A DNA stretch of 64,000 bases. Origin: Planktothrix sp. GU0601_MAG3. Its GTDB lineage: Bacteria; Cyanobacteriota; Cyanobacteriia; Cyanobacteriales; Microcoleaceae. Position 1 is the first letter of the stretch. Every line of letters starts with the position of its first letter. The notes under the pieces are model-generated. The model searched no databases and was not told the DNA's origin. It worked only from the letters and a program-made list of their open reading frames with translations. Location of the stretch: positions 2,964,578-3,028,577 of the forward strand of contig CP136572.1 in assembly GCA_035193785.1 (NCBI GenBank), in the 5' to 3' direction. Position numbers and translations under genes: made by a program. Shown in pieces: positions 58,348 through 64,000 of the stretch.

Positions 58348-61106
58348 ATGGCTAAATTCAATAAAATTCAACGTCTTTTTTTGTTAGGGTTGATCTCATG
58401 TTTTGCAATGGTAATTTTGCAACTCTCTAAGGTTGATGCTCAAGGGGTTTCCATCTCTGATGTTAGAGGAAATCTAGTGGCTCAAAAAGTTACCCAACAA
58501 TCTTTTGAGGAGCTAATTGAAGGTAGTCAAAAATTAGAGGGTTTATTCACAATTTATCAAAATAAAGAATCGGGAAAGGTTTATTTAGAATTAACACCTG
58601 AACAGTTAAATCAAGATTTTCTGTGTTTTGTGACTTTAGAATCGGGTATCGGAGAAGCCGGTATTGTCAGTGGATATGCTCTTAGAGATATTTTATTTCA
58701 ATTCCGTTATTTACAGAATAATATTCAATTTGTTGTTCCTAATATTAATTTTCGTACTCAAGAAAATGATCCTCAAATTTCGTCTATCAATCGTTTCTTT
58801 CAGTGAATCAGTTTTAAAAACCTTGCCAATTTTAAGTGTTCATCCTGAAAACAAAAATATATTAATTGAAATTGGTGATTTATTCAATGGGGAAAGTGAT
58901 TTACCCGGATTAATGATCCAATTCTCAGACCTGTTAACAAATAATTATGCTATTGATTCGAGTAAATCCTATATTTCTGAAATTCAATCTTTCCCTGAAA
59001 ATGTCGAAATTGAATCCCTATTTGGATTTTCTATTGGACAATCTGGAGACCCACAATATATTCCTTCTTTACCCGATAACCGCAGCTTTAATTTAAAAGT
59101 TCGTTATAGTTTATTAGCAGTTCCATATAATAATAGTTATGTTCCTCGGTTAGCAGATGAACGAGTTGGGTATTTTACAACCACCTATAAAGATTTATCA
59201 AAACGGGATGAAAGATCATCGGCTGTTCGTTATATTAATCGCTGGAATTTAGAAAAACAAGATCCCAATGCTGATTTTTCTCCTCCGATTAAACCGATTA
59301 CATTTTGGATTGAAAATACCGTCCCTTTAGAATATCGGGAGACAATTCGAGAGGGAATTTTATTCTGGAATAAAGCCTTTGAACAAGCCGGATTTATTAA
59401 TGCTGTTCAAGTCGAACAAATGCCCGATAATGCCGATTGGAACCCCGCAGATGTTCGTTATAATACCATTCGCTGGTCTACTTCCTTTGATATTGACTTT
59501 AGCGGTTATGGCCCCTCCCATACTAACCCCCTAACCGGGGAAATTTTAGATGCAGATATTATCATAGAAAGTGATGCTATCCGAGGTTTATCCGATGAAA
59601 TAGATGTATTATTAGGAGAAAATTTATCAACGATGGGGGAGGAAAATAATCTGTCAAATTCACGATTAAAAACAGAAAATCAACCTTGTCCGAGGGGATT
59701 ATCCGCCTATTCTATTGCCAATCAATCGGAAGCCCAAAAAAACAAAAAATCCCGGGCTAATTTTAACCATGAATTATGCTTTTATCGAGGTTCTAAGCGA
59801 CAATTTAACACGGGAATAATAGCCTTATCCCTGTTGGGAAATGTGATGCCCAATAGCCCTAAAATGGAAGTCTATATCAAGCAATATTTACGTTTTTTAA
59901 TCGCCCATGAAGTCGGACATACCTTGGGATTAAGACATAATTTTCAAGGCAGTACCATGCTATCTCCAGAGGAATTAAATAATACTGAAATTACCCAAGA
60001 AAAAGGATTAGTGAGTTCAGTGATGGATTATGTTCCAGTTAATTTAGCCCCCCCAGGAACAACCCAGGGAGATTATTTTTCTACCCGAGTTGGGCCCTAT
60101 GATCAGTGGGCAATTGAATATGGTTATCGACCCATTGCGAGTAGAACTCCACAGGGAGAATGGCAAAGATTACAAGAGATTGCCAAACGATCAATTCAAC
60201 CGGAATTAGCCTATGCAACGGATGAAGATTTGGAATCTTTTCTTGACCCAGCAATTAATGAGGAAGATTTAAGTAATAATATGTTGCAATATTCTCAATG
60301 GCAATTTGACAATGCAATTGAGATGTGGAAACAGTTAGAAAAATATACCCCTCGCCAGGGAGAAGATTATAATAAAATTCGGAAAATGTTCAATACAATT
60401 TTTAACTATTATTTTATGCAAGCCAATCGTTTAAGCCTTTACATTGGCGGACAATCTTTTACTCGAAACCCGGGCTGGAGATAGAAATGGTCGTTTACCT
60501 TTGGAACCGATTTCGATTGAAAAACAAAGAAATGCTTTAAAACTCTTAGAAACCTATATTTTTAACGATAAAGCATTTAATTTTTCTCCCGATTTATTGA
60601 ACAAATTAGCTCCGTCTCGCTGGTTAGATTGGGCAAATCCCGATCACAATAGTCAGTTAGATTATCCCGTTACTAGCTTAATTAGTCTGCTTCATCTTTA
60701 TGTTTTACAAGAGTTATTTGATCCGATAAGGTTATTTCGGTTACGAGATTTAGAATTAAAAACCACGGCGAATAATGCGTTAACCATACCGGAATTATTT
60801 GAAACTATTCAGAATGGAATCTGGACGGAAATCTTAGCTAATAATGGAGAAATTGAGATTTCTAGTATTCGGCGTTCTTTACAACGGCAACATTTAGACA
60901 TTTTAAGTAAGATGGTATTGCGGAAAATATTTGTTCCTGAAGATGCAGAAACCGTGGCTTGGTATCAGCTTAAACAGTTAAATAATCAGTTGGAAATAGC
61001 CTTAAAACGCAGCAAGAATAAAATGAATGCTTACACCTTAGCCCATTTAGAACAAACTCAGAATCGGATGCAAAAAATATTAGAATCACAGGTGCAATCT
61101 AATTAA
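58348..61106 (+). CDS. Secreted zinc metalloprotease, DUF5117/DUF4953 type (apparent frameshifts at 58793-58797 and 60465-60469)
   Basis: Signal peptide, PRLADERVGYF, RYINRWNL, HEVGHTLGLRHNF, SSVMDY. Confidence 0.9.
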
Positions 61107-61133
61107 CTTTACATTAAATTAAAAGGTAATCCA

Positions 61134-63795
61134 GTGTCAGAAAATCCCCCATCAAATCAGCCTCTATCTATTCCTGAACTCCAAAGTTTGGGACATAATT
61201 ATTTGGGTCAAAAACATTTTTTAAAATCCATCTCAGTTTATGAACAGTGTATTTTAGAGTCCCCTGATATTATTGCTAACTATTGGTATTTAGGATTATC
61301 TTGGTTATTACAGGGAGATGTATTACAGGCGCAAACAATATGGTTTTCTGCTTTGGCTGAATCTAATTTAGCAACAACTGAAATTACTGAATTAGTTGAT
61401 TTTTTAAAAGGTAAAGCAAGGGACTATTTATCCTGTAACTCTTTGGAATTTGCCCAACTCATTTATGAAGCAATTTTAGACTGGTGTGAAACTGATATTG
61501 AGGTTTATGACAATCTAGGTCATACGATGGCACTTCAAGGGGATTTGGAAGCAGCTATTGGGATTTGGCAAAGGGGGATTGAGTTACAACCAAATTCTAT
61601 CCAAATGTATCTCAATCAAGGAAATATTTTTCAAAAATTAGAACAATTTGAAGCGGCAATTAAATGTTATCAAGTAGTGATTCAACATTCCCCAAATTAT
61701 TTAATTTATTACCAATTAGGACTCTGTTTAACTCAAATTAAACAATGGGAATCTGCGATTCATGCCTTTGAAAATGCGATTCAACTTCAACCGGATTATG
61801 CACCCGCTTATAGTGATTTAGGGATTAGTTTAATCCTGGGGGGATTTTTAGAAAAAGGCATTGATTTTCTCCGACAAGGAATCCAAGAACAGCCTCAATT
61901 TTATCGGGCTTTAACGGGGAATAAAACCCGGTCAACTCGTAATATAAATTCCTTAGCAATTAATTTTTTAAACTTATTATTATCTCCCCTAACACCCCCA
62001 ATAGAGTTATATCTTGGCTTGAGCCAAATGTTATCTAGTTTTCATCCAGATTCAGCTTTAGCTATACTGCAAAAAGCCCAGGATATCGCCCCCAATAATT
62101 TTCAAATTTATTTAAACTTTGGAGATATATTTTATAATTATAAACAGGATTATTTGGAAGCCCTTCAGTTTTATCTAGGAGCTAATTTATCGGGTTCTTT
62201 GTCTGTAATAGATGATATTATTTCTTTGAAAAAAAAACAATCTTGTTATTATTTTGCTTTGGGAAAATGTCGATTAAAACTAGGCTTTTATCAACAGGCG
62301 ATCGCTGATTTTAAAAAGGTTATTGATTTTAATTATAATCTAGTTGAGGCTTATTATGGTTTGGGTCAGGCTCTATTTCAGATGGGAAAAATTGATCAAG
62401 CCATTGATAGTTTAAAACAATGTCTAAAATTTGATCCTACATCAGCTTTGTATTCAGGATATTTAGGGTTTTTATTAATTTATAATAGCCAGATTGAAGC
62501 CGGATTATTTTATTTTAAAAAAGCTATAATTTATGAATCTTCTGTTGCTAGTTGGATCGACAGTTTATTAAACAATTTATCGGAATCAGGAAAATTAAAT
62601 ACTTCTGTTGATATCTCGGAAATTAAACCGATTAATCCTCCGATTCAATTTGATCAATCAACGGAAGATTGGCTCAAATCCCACCCAGCAATTCAACATA
62701 ATTATCAACAAATTTATCCCGAAACTATTGTTAACCTAAATCCCCCAAAATCCGGGGATAATTCTCTCCATTTTAGTTTTAGATTTGGTCAACAGATAGA
62801 AACTTCCTGCTGCTTTTGTCGTCAAAATTCCCCAAGGGCGATTTTGGTTAAGCTCCGATCAAACTCAATCGGCTATTTTAACCCAAGAACAACATTTTTT
62901 AGGGGATCTTTCCCCAGAATTTCCTTTATTAAGTCCAGGTCATCCTGACAAAAATCCGAGTCAGCATTCTATTTTATCCCTTAATAAATTACCACCAATT
63001 CATTTGATCAACGGGACTGTTGCTATTTTAGCCGGACTTTCAAATTCCGTTTATTTTCACTGGATGTTAGATGTTTTGCCGCGAATTGAATTATTGAAAA
63101 AAAGCAGGATTAATTGGCATGAGATTGATTATTTTATTGTTGATAATCGTTTGCCTTTTCAACAAGAGACTTTAGAGAAATTACAAATTCCCCAAAACAA
63201 ACAAATTAATATTAATGAATTCCATCATCTCCAAGCCCAAGATTTAATTGTACCTTCTTTCCCGGGTTGTCCGGCTTGGATGCCCCCCTGGACTTGTGAT
63301 TTTTTAAAACAACATTTTTTGCATCCTGATGCTATTGCAAATATCCCTAATATTAAACGAATTTATATTACTAGAAATGCCGCAAAAAGCCGTAGAATTT
63401 TAAATGAGAATGAATTATTAACGGTTATACAACCCTTGGGATTCCACTGTATTCAATTAGAATCAATGTCTGTGGTAGAACAAGCGGCGTTATTTTCCCA
63501 GGCTGAAATCATTATTTCACCCCACGGGAGTGGGTTAACTAATCTTGTCTTTTGTCAACCTAATACTAAAGTAGTCGAGCTATTTTCTCCAAATTATGTC
63601 TATCATTGCTATTGGTGGATTAGTAATTTAGTCCCATTAGATTACTATTATTATATTGGGGAAACCTTCCCGGGTTACCATCTACATCGTTTTGTTTATC
63701 CTCAATCTTTTTCTGAAGATATTTTGGTCAATATTCAAGAATTTTTAAATCTGCTAGTAGGATCGCCGAATGGGTTAAAGTTAAGGATAAATTAA
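61134..63795 (+). CDS. TPR-repeat + glycosyltransferase family 61 (DUF563) protein (apparent frameshift at 62799-62803)
   Basis: TPR repeats; YFHWMLDVLPR, RIYITR, PHGSGLTN; reading frame continuous after removing one A. Confidence 0.88.
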
Positions 63796-63861
63796 TATTT
63801 AAAAGCCAGCCATCAGAAGCCAATCTTAAATTAAACAAAAATTTTGCCCGATCAAGGGCTA

Positions 63862-64000
63862 TCAACGGTAAAAATTATAAATTAACTCAATTCCATAATT
63901 GGCAAATATCTCTTGCCGACTCAGGTTGGGTAAACGTGCTACCTTAATCCCTAGAGTCCACCAGAAAGATAATCTCGCTGTCGCAAAAGGAACATAAATG
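63862..64000 (-). CDS. Possible C-terminus of a gene extending beyond the window
   Basis: Open frame IYVPFATARLSFWWTLG...IELIYNFYR*. Confidence 0.35.
   Translation of the reverse strand, partial: IYVPFATARLSFWWTLGIKVARLPNLSRQEIFANYGIELIYNFYR

Overview
Chromosomal segment of a filamentous cyanobacterium. Evidence: psbA, ndhH, CP12-CBS, pentapeptide-repeat proteins, many HIP1 GCGATCGC sites and heptamer STRR-type repeats; an Oscillatoriales/Planktothrix-like origin is an inference only. Most of the window is housekeeping (pyk, ndhH, rsmH, trpB, rnd, nadA, lpxC-fabZ-lpxA, leuA, groESL with CIRCE and K-box, pgsA, crp, cobT, tRNA-Ser, tRNA-Leu) plus signalling genes. An accessory, toxin-antitoxin-rich region (about 46.7-55.6 kb) next to tRNA-Leu surrounds an E130-type psbA. 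Two stand-out observations: (1) about 27 apparent frameshifts, including in core genes, are each explained by one extra base turning GAAC/GTTC into GAAAC/GTTTC. This is the signature expected if a DNA modification at GAAC/GTTC, the known Dnd phosphorothioate motif, caused base-calling errors. (2) A 94-96-bp tandem array at 15974-16322 has units that each look like a promoter-sRNA-terminator cassette, resembling NsiR1 with DIF1-type promoters, in what appears to be a non-heterocystous strain. Also present: a 220-bp non-autonomous IS200/IS605 derivative, a nested MITE/REP structure, and an AAA-ATPase plus nuclease-like cassette between ndhH and rsmH. CDS coordinates are given after mentally removing the motif-associated insertions.
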